Shown here: positions 28,057 to 37,486 of the stretch, in pieces
Layout: every line of letters begins with the position of its first letter
Position numbering within the stretch: position 1 is the stretch's first letter
Origin: a virus
Taxonomy: Duplodnaviria > Caudoviricetes
DNA: 56,358 nucleotides
Virus record (IMG/VR): IMGVR_UViG_3300036770_007473
Coordinates: 1-56,358 of that record
Direction: 5' to 3' (one strand)
The notes under the pieces: model-generated
What the model saw: the letters and a program-made list of their open reading frames with translations, nothing else
The model's database searches: none
Told to the model about the DNA's origin: nothing
Made by a program: the position numbers and the translations under genes

Positions 28057-29166
28057 TCATCCTCGATAGTATGTATCTATGCCGAGTGCTCGACGCCAGT
28101 TTGTGCCACGGCGTTGATCCAGTCTCTCAAAGTGCTCTATCCATCCGTCATCAGATGACGAAGGCAGCAATAATTGTGCGCGGAGATCCTGCAACACCGC
28201 TATGTTTTGCAGTTGCCGAGTGGCCGCTTGTTTGGCTTCAAATGTGAGTTTGCCAACTTCAAATCCATTTGATGGCTGCCAGCAAAAATCGCTGGCATCC
28301 CCTTCTCGATTGGTTGCTAGATTCTCGCAAAACCATCTCCATAAAGATTCCATTTCCAATACATTGTAACAGCCCACTGTGGCATTGATACCCAGCATCA
28401 CGTTGCTGGGTGCTATGTCTTTGATCAGCAAGATATTTTCCTGCACGGAATTCCAAATAGCCGGGTATCTCACATATTCAAACGCGCCTTCCACTGCATC
28501 CAGGCTGAAATACAGTTTAACCAGTCGAGCCTGCGACCACAGGTCCAGAGTTTCCGAATCTGGCATCTGTGTGCCGTTGGTGTTGTAACTGATTGCGACA
28601 TCCATCAGATTGCCCGTGGCACATATCCGTTGCATCACGATTTTGTGATTGTTGTTCAACAGAGGTTCACCACCATTGAAATGCACGCGTCGTAACTGGG
28701 AGAAATCAACATGATCGATCCAGGCATTGTTTTTTTGATCCTGTCTGCCGAGATTTTCAAGATCATCTCTCCTGACACCGGTCTCCTTGGCCCAGGTGCT
28801 GCTCCATCGTGGTCCGCACATCACGCAAGCTAGATTACAAGCCCAGGTCACGTTGATGTCAAGGCTGGTCAACGATGCCGCAAATTGAGAATCACCATAT
28901 TCATCCAGCACGCTGTGTCTCCGGCTGCGACCACCAAGTGCTTCTATCTGCCAGCATTTACCACACTCGGGCGACGGTATAGAGTTTGCTGATGATTGCC
29001 GCATCCTTTGGAAATCAGGGTCTGACAAAAAAGAGAACGATTGCAATGATGAGACATGAGCCTGGGCCTGACAACAAGCGGCCACGTTGATACTGTCTTT
29101 GTTGATTGGTTCAACATAGAGATTGTGGAAAATGTCAGGACAGTGTGTGCTTGAATCTTTTGACAA
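28057..29166 (-). CDS. radical SAM protein with N-terminal Cys-rich (twitch-like) domain
   Basis: ACC...CGKC, then CNLACVMC, FNGGEPL, YNTNG. Confidence 0.85.
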   Translation of the reverse strand: MSKDSSTHCPDIFHNLYVEPINKDSINVAACCQAQAHVSSLQSFSFLSDPDFQRMRQSSANSIPSPECGKCWQIEALGGRSRRHSVLDEYGDSQFAASLTSLDINVTWACNLACVMCGPRWSSTWAKETGVRRDDLENLGRQDQKNNAWIDHVDFSQLRRVHFNGGEPLLNNNHKIVMQRICATGNLMDVAISYNTNGTQMPDSETLDLWSQARLVKLYFSLDAVEGAFEYVRYPAIWNSVQENILLIKDIAPSNVMLGINATVGCYNVLEMESLWRWFCENLATNREGDASDFCWQPSNGFEVGKLTFEAKQAATRQLQNIAVLQDLRAQLLLPSSSDDGWIEHFERLDQRRGTNWRRALGIDTYYRG

Positions 29167-30133
29167 TTTGTTTCTTTCGGAGTTCGATTTTCACACGCGA
29201 AGTTTCTCTGGATTGCATGATCATCATCGCTGTGGCCAATCTACCGTGTGCCTTGACCGAATCATTGACGTCTTTGATGTGGTCCGGCCATGCAGGCATG
29301 CTCACTGCCCACCCCAGTTCTAGGGCACGATCCACCAGTTTCATGCCGGCAAAGTCTTGATCGGGTACCACGGTTACTTCTTGACCCAGGCTGCGTATGT
29401 GCCTGACCTGTGTATCTGATATCTCAGCATGCAATACCGCCAAACCACCAATGCTTAGAGCATCAAACACACCTTCCATGACCAATACATGTTGCCAATT
29501 GGCACGCTGGAGATCCGTACCAAACACATAGCCCGGTTGCATGTCATGGACGTAACGAGGATTTTTGTCGTCCAAGAACCTCGTGGTATGCCCCACTATG
29601 CGTCCATCATGGGTGAAAGGTATGATGATGCCGGGCCTAGCACTCCACTTCGCAGATGGGCCTGGCGAGTGCATGCCCACAGGATAGTCTCGGGGCACAC
29701 ATCTATCTCGGAGATATTGATAGTGTACCGGAGTATTTTCATCCACTATGATGAATCCTTCGGGCAGTTCACGATCTTCAAATTGGATATCTTGTACTGC
29801 ATTGGCCACACGTTGGCGTTCATCCAGGATACCTTGTACAGATCGATGACGCAGGCTTTCAAGATTGATGCGTTCGATTTCTTCTTGAGGTACACCCATC
29901 CAAGACAACAACCGACGTGCCTTGAATGACAGCGTGCGGCCCTGGATGAATGAAGCAGTGAATCCGCAGTTGAAGCAATGCCACGACCAACCCGAGTCAG
30001 TGATCTTGATACCACCCCTCTGCCGCCGATCCGCGGATTCTCCATTGTGTACACAGCAAGGTGCGTTGACTGATATCCAGCCCGACGCCGTCTGTTTGCG
30101 TTTGGCAGGTAGATAAGCGGAGATATCTAGCAT
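29135..30133 (-). CDS. DNA primase (zinc finger + TOPRIM)
   Basis: APCC...HCFNC zinc site; VMEGVFDA; VPDQDFAG; KDVND; adjacent to helicase. Confidence 0.88.
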   Translation of the reverse strand: MLDISAYLPAKRKQTASGWISVNAPCCVHNGESADRRQRGGIKITDSGWSWHCFNCGFTASFIQGRTLSFKARRLLSWMGVPQEEIERINLESLRHRSVQGILDERQRVANAVQDIQFEDRELPEGFIIVDENTPVHYQYLRDRCVPRDYPVGMHSPGPSAKWSARPGIIIPFTHDGRIVGHTTRFLDDKNPRYVHDMQPGYVFGTDLQRANWQHVLVMEGVFDALSIGGLAVLHAEISDTQVRHIRSLGQEVTVVPDQDFAGMKLVDRALELGWAVSMPAWPDHIKDVNDSVKAHGRLATAMMIMQSRETSRVKIELRKKQIVKRFKHTLS

Positions 30134-30139
30134 CTCGCT

Positions 30140-30168
30140 AGTATAGCGCATGTCGTGGCAATGATCAA
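30140..30168 (-). promoter_or_regulatory. sigma70-type promoter, leaderless primase transcript
   Basis: TTGATC-N17-TATACT-N6-ATG. Confidence 0.6.
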
Positions 30169-30950
30169 CGATATTGGATCAGATCGACATTGCCAGCCGA
30201 GATCTGGAATTCCAGACGGAGATAGGGATGGAATCCAGCCACATTGATCCCGCGCCGCACAGTGGCATCAGAGAAGTCTACAGAGTTCACGGTGTTTCCA
30301 GTGTTGAGATCTTCAAACGGGATATCATACCACAATACGGTGTAGGCCGTGGCATCCGAGGATCCCTGTACTGACAGCGTGCCGGTAAACTCCTGGGTAT
30401 CCAGTTGGAAAGTGGTCAAACGGGCACCTTCAGTGACCAAGGTGCTGGAATAGTAGATGCTGCTGTCTGGTGCTTGGCTGGGTATGGTGAGTTCTTGGCT
30501 GGGCACAAATGCCGGGAAAACCGAATCCACGATGTCGATATCTCCGCGAGCACCAGAATAGTCATCGGTGAGCACGGCCTGATTGAGCACCCCGGATGAA
30601 ATCTCCAGGCTCCAACTTGCGGGTTGTTCCTGCAGGTGGCGTGTTTCAGCCTGGGTGATCGTGACCTTGGCACGACCCAGGGCGTTGGAAAGGCTCACCA
30701 ACTCCTTGGCGTACAGCAAGTTCTCGCCATTCTGGCTGATGATACGGAACGTGAAGGTGGCGCCAGATATGTTCACTGGTTTTTGATCTTGATTCAGGAA
30801 CTGGAACAGGATCACATTGTCCACTCCTAGATTTAATTTTAGATTTTTTGCATACACAGGGTTCCACCTCGCATTGAAATAAGCCCCACTGACATCTATC
30901 AATAAAACTTGTTGTATCTGTTGATATAAATAGGCAGTGGTACTATACAT
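30165..30950 (-). CDS. hypothetical, probable virion protein
   Basis: Start MYSTT with GGAG RBS and TAAATA; GVDNVILFQFLNQDQKPVNI suggests a beta-sandwich. Confidence 0.7.
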   Translation of the reverse strand: MYSTTAYLYQQIQQVLLIDVSGAYFNARWNPVYAKNLKLNLGVDNVILFQFLNQDQKPVNISGATFTFRIISQNGENLLYAKELVSLSNALGRAKVTITQAETRHLQEQPASWSLEISSGVLNQAVLTDDYSGARGDIDIVDSVFPAFVPSQELTIPSQAPDSSIYYSSTLVTEGARLTTFQLDTQEFTGTLSVQGSSDATAYTVLWYDIPFEDLNTGNTVNSVDFSDATVRRGINVAGFHPYLRLEFQISAGNVDLIQYR

Positions 30951-30970
30951 TGGATTCTCCACAGATATTT

Positions 30971-31348
30971 ATGGGCAACAACATCTTCGCACAACTCACT
31001 GAAAAATATCCTTTCATAACTCTTTGCATCTATGCAGGAGTGGAATATGTAGGGATAGTACAAAACAGCGACGATGCCATCACCACCATCTACGACTTCG
31101 GGAACATACAGGATCCCGAAGAAAAGCGTCGTTTTGTAGATCTAGCCAACATCTGGTGGTGGGAGAGCAATCGATCAGTTCCCATAAACATCTTTCTCAA
31201 GCAAGAGTGGGAACCTTTCCGAAACTATCTCCGCACATTCAGCAACAAAGATCTACAAATCATACACGGGCCTGTTTGCAGCCTCGGCAACATTGGGCGT
31301 CGCAAAAACAAACGTAAATCAATCACCCTGGTGCGCCGGATCTCATGA
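30971..31348 (+). CDS. hypothetical protein
   Basis: 125 aa; YVGIVQN, WWWESNRSVPINIFL; basic C-terminus; fills the gap between minus-strand genes. Confidence 0.75.
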   Translation: MGNNIFAQLTEKYPFITLCIYAGVEYVGIVQNSDDAITTIYDFGNIQDPEEKRRFVDLANIWWWESNRSVPINIFLKQEWEPFRNYLRTFSNKDLQIIHGPVCSLGNIGRRKNKRKSITLVRRIS

Positions 31349-31912
31349 TGCTTCATCCAGCAGTCTCATGTGTAGAGATACCAGCATGGCATAGGAAATG
31401 CTGTGTGATTTTTTGAAGGTATATCCACGGCTGTCATCACCGTCCCATACTGAAGCAAAAACTTCCCCCCAAGGACGATTCTGTAGGTTCGCTTTGCCCG
31501 GGCGTATGATCGATATAAAAGCAGCCATCCTGGATATGCTGTCTGGACGCATGGATGCCAAGAGATCTGTGTAGTTGCCTACATGTACCAATTGTGCAGC
31601 CCAGTCTGGTTCTTGCCACAGTTTCTGCCAGGGCACGGGCCTCTGTAAAATCTCTTCGTAGTGCGCAGGACTCTGGATCATCTGATACACAGACATGTTC
31701 AAGAAATCTATCTTGAAATAGCCCAGGGTATCGGCCTGTTCGTATTCGATAGCCGCGCAGCCATTTACAGGGTCTCTCGGAATCTCAGTGACATATATAC
31801 CGGAGTTATGACGGCGCACCTGTCCTTGAACCAGATGTCGTGCGGGCACATGGTCTATCAAGGCCAGCACGCGGTCGCGATCAGCAAAATCGATATCAAT
31901 ATCTGCTGCCAT
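31343..31912 (-). CDS. miniature DNA polymerase III alpha (DnaE)-like catalytic protein
   Basis: ADIDIDF, HNSGIYV, GYFKIDFLN, IIRPG, GYTFKKSHSISY; 189 aa. Confidence 0.8.
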   Translation of the reverse strand: MAADIDIDFADRDRVLALIDHVPARHLVQGQVRRHNSGIYVTEIPRDPVNGCAAIEYEQADTLGYFKIDFLNMSVYQMIQSPAHYEEILQRPVPWQKLWQEPDWAAQLVHVGNYTDLLASMRPDSISRMAAFISIIRPGKANLQNRPWGEVFASVWDGDDSRGYTFKKSHSISYAMLVSLHMRLLDEAS

Positions 31913-32604
31913 CACCAACCCGCCCGTGTTAGCATGTCTCGTATGTATTCTGTGTCTGCAGGATAATCTCGGAATTTCTTCTGCCAAAAATCAGCGTCGA
32001 TATAAGGCCATGTCATAGCCAGTTGTTCTTCATCGAGATTGGACAGGAACTCCGTACCAGAGTCACAGTTGTACAGCACCCAAGCAGAAACACGTCCTGT
32101 GGTCACGGCATAACACACAGCGTTGGTGTTGGCGTACCGCAGGTAATCTCTGTCTGGAGATCCGGTTTCTTCAGCCCAAGAAAGACTGTGTTCCAATGCC
32201 CTGGTCAGGGCATCAGTAGGCTGCTCATCTCTGAGATACTGTGCGAGATACTCCCCGTACACAGAATCTCGGCACCAGTGATCGATCTTGCGGTTCTGCC
32301 GTATCAACCAGTCAATGAATCTTGGCGTGTTCACTGCCCGGATGGCCACGCAATGTCGACCAAATTTTATGAATGCCCGATAGTAAGGACTGCGTGCGAA
32401 ATCATCAAAGGTTTTTAGCCGGGCCGATCCTTGGGTGATCTCATAGAAACGCAGATAGGCTTGCAGTCCCAGGGTCGCTCCTACTTCGTCTCGTTCTTGA
32501 TATCTGCGTTTGGGCTCACAAAGGTGCACCGCGAGACTGCTCTCTCGCTGGAAAGATTTTTCGCAATAACGACATTGGAATTCAGTCTTTGTCTGGGTTT
32601 CCAT
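31912..32604 (-). CDS. hypothetical protein with N-terminal C2H2-like zinc finger
   Basis: FQCRYCEKSFQRESSLAVHLC. Confidence 0.75.
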   Translation of the reverse strand: METQTKTEFQCRYCEKSFQRESSLAVHLCEPKRRYQERDEVGATLGLQAYLRFYEITQGSARLKTFDDFARSPYYRAFIKFGRHCVAIRAVNTPRFIDWLIRQNRKIDHWCRDSVYGEYLAQYLRDEQPTDALTRALEHSLSWAEETGSPDRDYLRYANTNAVCYAVTTGRVSAWVLYNCDSGTEFLSNLDEEQLAMTWPYIDADFWQKKFRDYPADTEYIRDMLTRAGW

Positions 32605-33028
32605 GATCACGCAGATACTGGCGTAGTTCTCGGGGATCGATCAGTTGGCTCAGTGTCTCGATGTCCGAGACCTTCATTGCCGGATAAAGGTCCATCAAGG
32701 CTTTCTTGGTCTGGTTGGTACCACTGTCTTTTTTCTTGGGAGCTATCCACGGATGTCGGTGTGTGCCCATGCCAGGACTCACCGAAGTGGCCATGAGCCA
32801 CTGTAGTTTGGGATGACGGTTTACGGAAAAGAAATGCTTGTTCAATCGCTCATTGGCGGCGATCACATAAAACTCTTGCAATTCTCTCGAGCCTTGCACA
32901 GCAGATCCCCAGCGGATCATGAGATAGTTAGAGAATTTTTTCCGTTCTTCATCCGTAAGGCTGTCATAAAACTCTCGGTTCTTGCGATCAAACTCGGCCA
33001 TTTCATTTTGTATAGAAAGTTTGTCCAC
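32582..33028 (-). CDS. putative clamp-loader small subunit (T4 gp62-like)
   Basis: Size and KKFSNYLMIRWGS...N...HPKLQW...WI pattern resemble gp62-like proteins; replication context. Confidence 0.55.
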   Translation of the reverse strand: MDKLSIQNEMAEFDRKNREFYDSLTDEERKKFSNYLMIRWGSAVQGSRELQEFYVIAANERLNKHFFSVNRHPKLQWLMATSVSPGMGTHRHPWIAPKKKDSGTNQTKKALMDLYPAMKVSDIETLSQLIDPRELRQYLRDHGNPDKD

Positions 33029-33528
33029 TACCACGCCTTGTTGTAATCTACTATTTCACAATTGCGACTGATGTCTTTGACAAAATACACGCATTCTGGT
33101 TCTGGATCGTTGGATATAGGAACTGCCAGCATCTGCCCATTTTTAAGTTTGGGTGCGTACCACGTGACTTCGTGATACACATCGACGATCTCGATGTCAG
33201 GGAAACTGGGACGGAAACTGGTCAATGGGTTGAACTGGAAGGCCTTAAAGCCCCGATCGTTGATCGATGTCAATGGCAGCATCTCTAGATCTCCCAGGTC
33301 GGGTTCGCCGATCAAGATCTGCCAGTCCACTGGCATCTTGATTTCCTGCTCACCGACTCGAAGCACCAGAGCCGGACTGCTAAAACTCTCAAGGAAGATC
33401 AAGGGTATGTAGTGATAATCTGGGTTAGCAGGATCGCTGTTGTCTAGTATGGCGAATCTCATATCATCCACTTCCTCGGGTAAATGATCCAGATCGTAGG
33501 CTGTGTTGTCAAGTGTCAGTATTCTCAT
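33028..33528 (-). CDS. hypothetical protein
   Basis: 166 aa; first gene behind a perfect promoter. Confidence 0.8.
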   Translation of the reverse strand: MRILTLDNTAYDLDHLPEEVDDMRFAILDNSDPANPDYHYIPLIFLESFSSPALVLRVGEQEIKMPVDWQILIGEPDLGDLEMLPLTSINDRGFKAFQFNPLTSFRPSFPDIEIVDVYHEVTWYAPKLKNGQMLAVPISNDPEPECVYFVKDISRNCEIVDYNKAW

Positions 33529-33534
33529 TGATTA

Positions 33535-33563
33535 ATTATAACTTTATATTCTCGTGATGTCAA
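33535..33563 (-). promoter_or_regulatory. perfect-consensus sigma70 promoter, leaderless transcript
   Basis: TTGACA-N17-TATAAT-N6-ATG. Confidence 0.88.
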
Positions 33564-34237
33564 GGCTTGCTGTTTTTTAAGTGGTGCAAACATTCGTAAG
33601 CAAACTGTTCATGCACGGATGAATCTTTAACGTGGAAATCTGGAGCATCCGCGGAGAGGTCGCTGTGTGCCCACAGATCTGTATGCAGGCGATGGTCAGC
33701 ATACCTTCCTAGATCGTTAACTAGAAAGTTAGCGGACAATGTTCGATCAATGTCAGATTGGGGGAGTCCGCCCAATGTGAAACAGAAAGGAATGCCCATC
33801 CTATCGAGGCGGAACAGCATGTTTTCAACAGTAAAGTAGTTCCTTAGCAAATCGAAATCGTCACTGTTGACCAGGGTGGTAAATCTAGTCCAGATATCAA
33901 ACAACGGGCCCTCTGACACCCGACTGGTCGTGGTATATCTCCTGAAATTATAATCAACGATATCCTCGTGACTCATGATGTTACCAATCCTGGCACAAGG
34001 ATCATGGTCTATTTCAAATCTCTGTGGCTCAGTAAACAACAGTATCACAAAATCTGGTCGGAATCTCAGGCCCTGCCTTAGTTGAAGATCGATCATGGCA
34101 TTGGTGCTGCCACCCATGGCAAAATTGATCACTTCATGATCTGCGCTGTGATTCAGTATTTTTTCACTCCAATGTAGATCTGGAAATCTGGCATCTGTGG
34201 TAGCATGGCTGGGTCCTACTATCAGTATTTTCGTCAT
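33560..34237 (-). CDS. SGNH-like hypothetical protein
   Basis: ILIVGPSH, NFAMGGSTN, C-terminal FH; ATGA overlap. Confidence 0.6.
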   Translation of the reverse strand: MTKILIVGPSHATTDARFPDLHWSEKILNHSADHEVINFAMGGSTNAMIDLQLRQGLRFRPDFVILLFTEPQRFEIDHDPCARIGNIMSHEDIVDYNFRRYTTTSRVSEGPLFDIWTRFTTLVNSDDFDLLRNYFTVENMLFRLDRMGIPFCFTLGGLPQSDIDRTLSANFLVNDLGRYADHRLHTDLWAHSDLSADAPDFHVKDSSVHEQFAYECLHHLKNSKP

Positions 34238-34839
34238 TTCTGTGATCCTGAGTTGATCATCGTTGATAAAATCTGGCTCACACGATTGTTGCCTAAAAGA
34301 TCCAAGTGACATATATCTCCCGGATGTTTGTTCCAGATTTTATGGAAGTTGACTAGGTTACCTCGGAAATCGTAAAAGCCCGACCATTCAAAAAAAGTTA
34401 TGTGTGTCACTGGGTAGTCGTTGGTCAACTGATCGATTTCTTTACAACAATAATGGTGTACAAATCTTTGGTAGTCAGGGTCATAGATATATCTAAAATA
34501 ATCCATCAATGATTTTGCCGCTGGTAACGAATCAGCCTTGCTTTCGGCATCCGCCAATATTACGTCACTGCCTTTGTATATGTGCCCGTTGGGATACAAC
34601 GGGTTGGTTTCACAATGCAATCGATAAGGACTGGTATGACAAACGATGATATGATCAAAATTTTCCAGCATCGTCTCTTGTAGCGACTGCAATATCTTGT
34701 ATTCGCCAATGCCGGGCCTCGAAATGTTGGTTACCTGACAATTCCGTGCTAACTGGTCGGGCCAACCTTGCCCTTGGCTCAGATGGCCGCTGGCAAAACT
34801 ATCACCAGCGATCAGAAGACGAGTCACTTTTGCATCCAT
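34234..34839 (-). CDS. SGNH-like hypothetical protein
   Basis: LLIAGDSF, NISRPG, CHLDLLGN. Confidence 0.65.
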   Translation of the reverse strand: MDAKVTRLLIAGDSFASGHLSQGQGWPDQLARNCQVTNISRPGIGEYKILQSLQETMLENFDHIIVCHTSPYRLHCETNPLYPNGHIYKGSDVILADAESKADSLPAAKSLMDYFRYIYDPDYQRFVHHYCCKEIDQLTNDYPVTHITFFEWSGFYDFRGNLVNFHKIWNKHPGDICHLDLLGNNRVSQILSTMINSGSQK

Positions 34840-36290
34840 TCCAGGCGTTCATGTGTGAAGGGATAGCGGGCTTCTTTGTAGTAGGCTTTGCGCTTGGTGA
34901 GATGTCGCTTGGCGAACTTGCAAGTAGAGGTTATGTCCCAGATCTGAACAAAGTCTTTGTCCTCTGCCTTGCGAATTCCGCGTCCAATACTTTGGATAAC
35001 CCTGACGAAACTCTTTCCCGGCTCCAGCAGAACAAGATTAAATATCCTAGGTATGTTAATGCCAACAGCAGCCACCCCGTATGTTGCCACGATGATCTTA
35101 TCTGTTGCTTCAGCCACTTCATCATATTCATCTTGTCGATCCTTGGCTTTGGTAGCCCCAGATACAAATACTGCACGATCTCCCAACCTCGAGACCAGTT
35201 CCTGACCTGCGCCAATGCGATCTACCAGGACCAGAGTATTTCCGGTCTTATTGACTTCGGCGATCACTGATGCAATGGTATCCAGGCGACCCGATTCTTC
35301 TAAGAGATATTTAAGTTCGCTCTGATAGTTCGTGTACTCTACATGGTCTACCAACTGCACTATGTTCACATGGCACTGTGCCAGCACACCACGATCCTGC
35401 AGTTCGGCCGCGGCCAATCTTGACACTACAGGTCCCAGGCTTACATGTATGGCTTGGAATTCAAAATCTTCTTTGGGCACGGTTCCGGTAAGACCCCAAC
35501 GGATAGGCACTTGCGACATCACGCCGGTGAGCAGGGTTTTCAGCGCATCAGCCTTGGCCATGTGTACTTCGTCCACGATCACACACACCACGTCCTCCAG
35601 GAACTCACCAATGGTGATGTCTGCTGATTGGTTCTTGGTGTTCTTAAGCAACACGTTGAGACTCTGCCAGGTGCAGATAGTGTGCTGTCGGCCAAACTCT
35701 TTGCGATCCCCAAAAAACACACCGGTGTCCAGGCCGAGATTTACATAGTCCTTTTCAGTCTGCGTCACGAGGCTCTTGTTGGGTACGATCACGATGGATC
35801 GACCATAAGGTGTCACAGCATGGCTTAGGGCCGCGGTCATCACGGTCTTGCCTGCCCCTGTGGCCACTTCTTGTATGCACTGTGGATTGGCCAAGAAGTT
35901 GTTGACGATCTCTATCTGATAATCACGTAATGTAACAGGTTCGCCGGCCTGAGGGTGTCCTCGGGGCCAGGCATATTCACTAAAGGTGTCTTCGGCCACA
36001 GGAGAGAACTCGAATGTGGTACTATACTCGCGCTGGTCATCCAGTTCGATGTCGTAATTATATTCTTCCAGGATGGGTATGATCTCGGGCAGGAGATTCA
36101 CGTAGGTGCTGCCACCCAATTGGAAAAAACTTATCTTGCCATCCCATCGTCCCAAACGAACTGCTGGAAGGTATCGGGCATAGGGCACATCGTATTTGAA
36201 TCGATTGACCAATGTTCGTCGAGCATCGAGTTCCAATCCCTCGATCTTGACATTGACTTCGTCGCGGATGATTAATCTTGCCTGTTTCAT
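34824..36290 (-). CDS. uvsW: SF2 DNA helicase, UvsW-like
   Basis: LRDYQ, ATGAGKT, DEVH, GLTGT, QSIGRGIR. Confidence 0.88.
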   Translation of the reverse strand: MKQARLIIRDEVNVKIEGLELDARRTLVNRFKYDVPYARYLPAVRLGRWDGKISFFQLGGSTYVNLLPEIIPILEEYNYDIELDDQREYSTTFEFSPVAEDTFSEYAWPRGHPQAGEPVTLRDYQIEIVNNFLANPQCIQEVATGAGKTVMTAALSHAVTPYGRSIVIVPNKSLVTQTEKDYVNLGLDTGVFFGDRKEFGRQHTICTWQSLNVLLKNTKNQSADITIGEFLEDVVCVIVDEVHMAKADALKTLLTGVMSQVPIRWGLTGTVPKEDFEFQAIHVSLGPVVSRLAAAELQDRGVLAQCHVNIVQLVDHVEYTNYQSELKYLLEESGRLDTIASVIAEVNKTGNTLVLVDRIGAGQELVSRLGDRAVFVSGATKAKDRQDEYDEVAEATDKIIVATYGVAAVGINIPRIFNLVLLEPGKSFVRVIQSIGRGIRKAEDKDFVQIWDITSTCKFAKRHLTKRKAYYKEARYPFTHERLEWMQK

Positions 36291-36296
36291 GTTGTG

Positions 36297-36325
36297 ATTG
36301 TACAGGCTTTATTTACAAAAGTCAA
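36297..36325 (-). promoter_or_regulatory. sigma70-type promoter, leaderless uvsW transcript
   Basis: TTGACT-N17-TACAAT-N6-ATG; TAAATA within the spacer. Confidence 0.75.
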
Positions 36326-36354
36326 AAAAACCGGTGCCGTTTTAGGGCACCGGT
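36324..36354 (-). terminator. intrinsic terminator
   Basis: ACCGGTGCC-loop-GGCACCGGT followed by a T-run. Confidence 0.85.
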
Positions 36355-36407
36355 GTCAAAAACCAGATCACCTAGGAGCTAGACTAAGCGAGTGATCCGG
36401 GCACTGC

Positions 36408-37427
36408 TCAACCGTGTCGCATGCAGGTGCTTTCGGCCAGCGCCTGCCAATTGGTGCCGATCTTGGTCAAATCCGCAATCTTCAGCGCCATGCGCAGGCT
36501 GATCTCACGCAACCTGCTGTGATTGTCCTGCATGAACTGCACGATTTCTTCACCCTGCTGGGGAGTGAGATCATAGTCCTGGAACAGATCACCTTTGCGG
36601 AAAATCTGTCGGATACGCAGGATCTTGTCGCGTGTAGTGTCCAGAGTGAGATCCAAGAAGTGGCATCGACTCTGCAGGGCCTCCAAGTGGTCCTGAAGTT
36701 TTTTGCTTTTGAGGTGATCGAACTTCAAGTTCGTGATAAAAATCACCGAGCCCTTGAAGTCGAACGCGTCTGGCACACCCTCACGGCGCAACATGGATGA
36801 ATCGGCATTCCAGTGGATGCGACGCCGCTTGCCAGAGTCCAGGGCGGCTTTGAGGATGTTCAAGGCAACATCATCCAGCAGGATCGAGTCGCAATCGTCG
36901 AACACCAGGACGTTCTGCGGATCTGAATTCTTGTACAGGGTGCAGTACAATCCGATGGGTGTCATGGCACCCTTGATCACTTGGTACTTTACCTTGCGGC
37001 TGGAGATCTTGTCAAACATGCCAGCCTTCTCTAATTGATACTCCACGCCGTAGGATTTGCCTACTCCGGGAGGGCCCACAACAATCATGGCACGGATGTC
37101 GCCGGCGATGGCTGCTTTGGTCATGTCGTCCAGGATCGAGAATCGTTGCTCGATACGATCCATGACCTGTTCATCGGTCTCTTCGGGTTTGATGAATTCC
37201 ACGACTTTGTCTTGCTTGATCACTTGCCGATCTCCTGTGATTTCGATGTCATCGATTGAGTCTACACGGATACGGATCTGCTCGGGCATACCCGGAAACA
37301 CTCCGTCATTACTTACCACGATATTGCCACCTTTGGAATCTGTCTGGAAATCGCGCACCAAGGTGAATTTCATACCACTGACATCTTGTCGACGATATTC
37401 GCCGTTACGGATCAGTACTTGTGTCAT
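36408..37427 (-). CDS. P-loop AAA-type ATPase
   Basis: GPPGVGKS, VLVFDDCD, IFITN, ALQSR. Confidence 0.88.
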   Translation of the reverse strand: MTQVLIRNGEYRRQDVSGMKFTLVRDFQTDSKGGNIVVSNDGVFPGMPEQIRIRVDSIDDIEITGDRQVIKQDKVVEFIKPEETDEQVMDRIEQRFSILDDMTKAAIAGDIRAMIVVGPPGVGKSYGVEYQLEKAGMFDKISSRKVKYQVIKGAMTPIGLYCTLYKNSDPQNVLVFDDCDSILLDDVALNILKAALDSGKRRRIHWNADSSMLRREGVPDAFDFKGSVIFITNLKFDHLKSKKLQDHLEALQSRCHFLDLTLDTTRDKILRIRQIFRKGDLFQDYDLTPQQGEEIVQFMQDNHSRLREISLRMALKIADLTKIGTNWQALAESTCMRHG

Positions 37428-37457
37428 TGCTAGGCTCCTATGTGTTATTGTCTAACT

Positions 37458-37486
37458 ATTATATGAAATTGGCAATTTTTGGTCAA
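37458..37486 (-). promoter_or_regulatory. early sigma70-type promoter
   Basis: TTGACC-N17-TATAAT. Confidence 0.82.
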
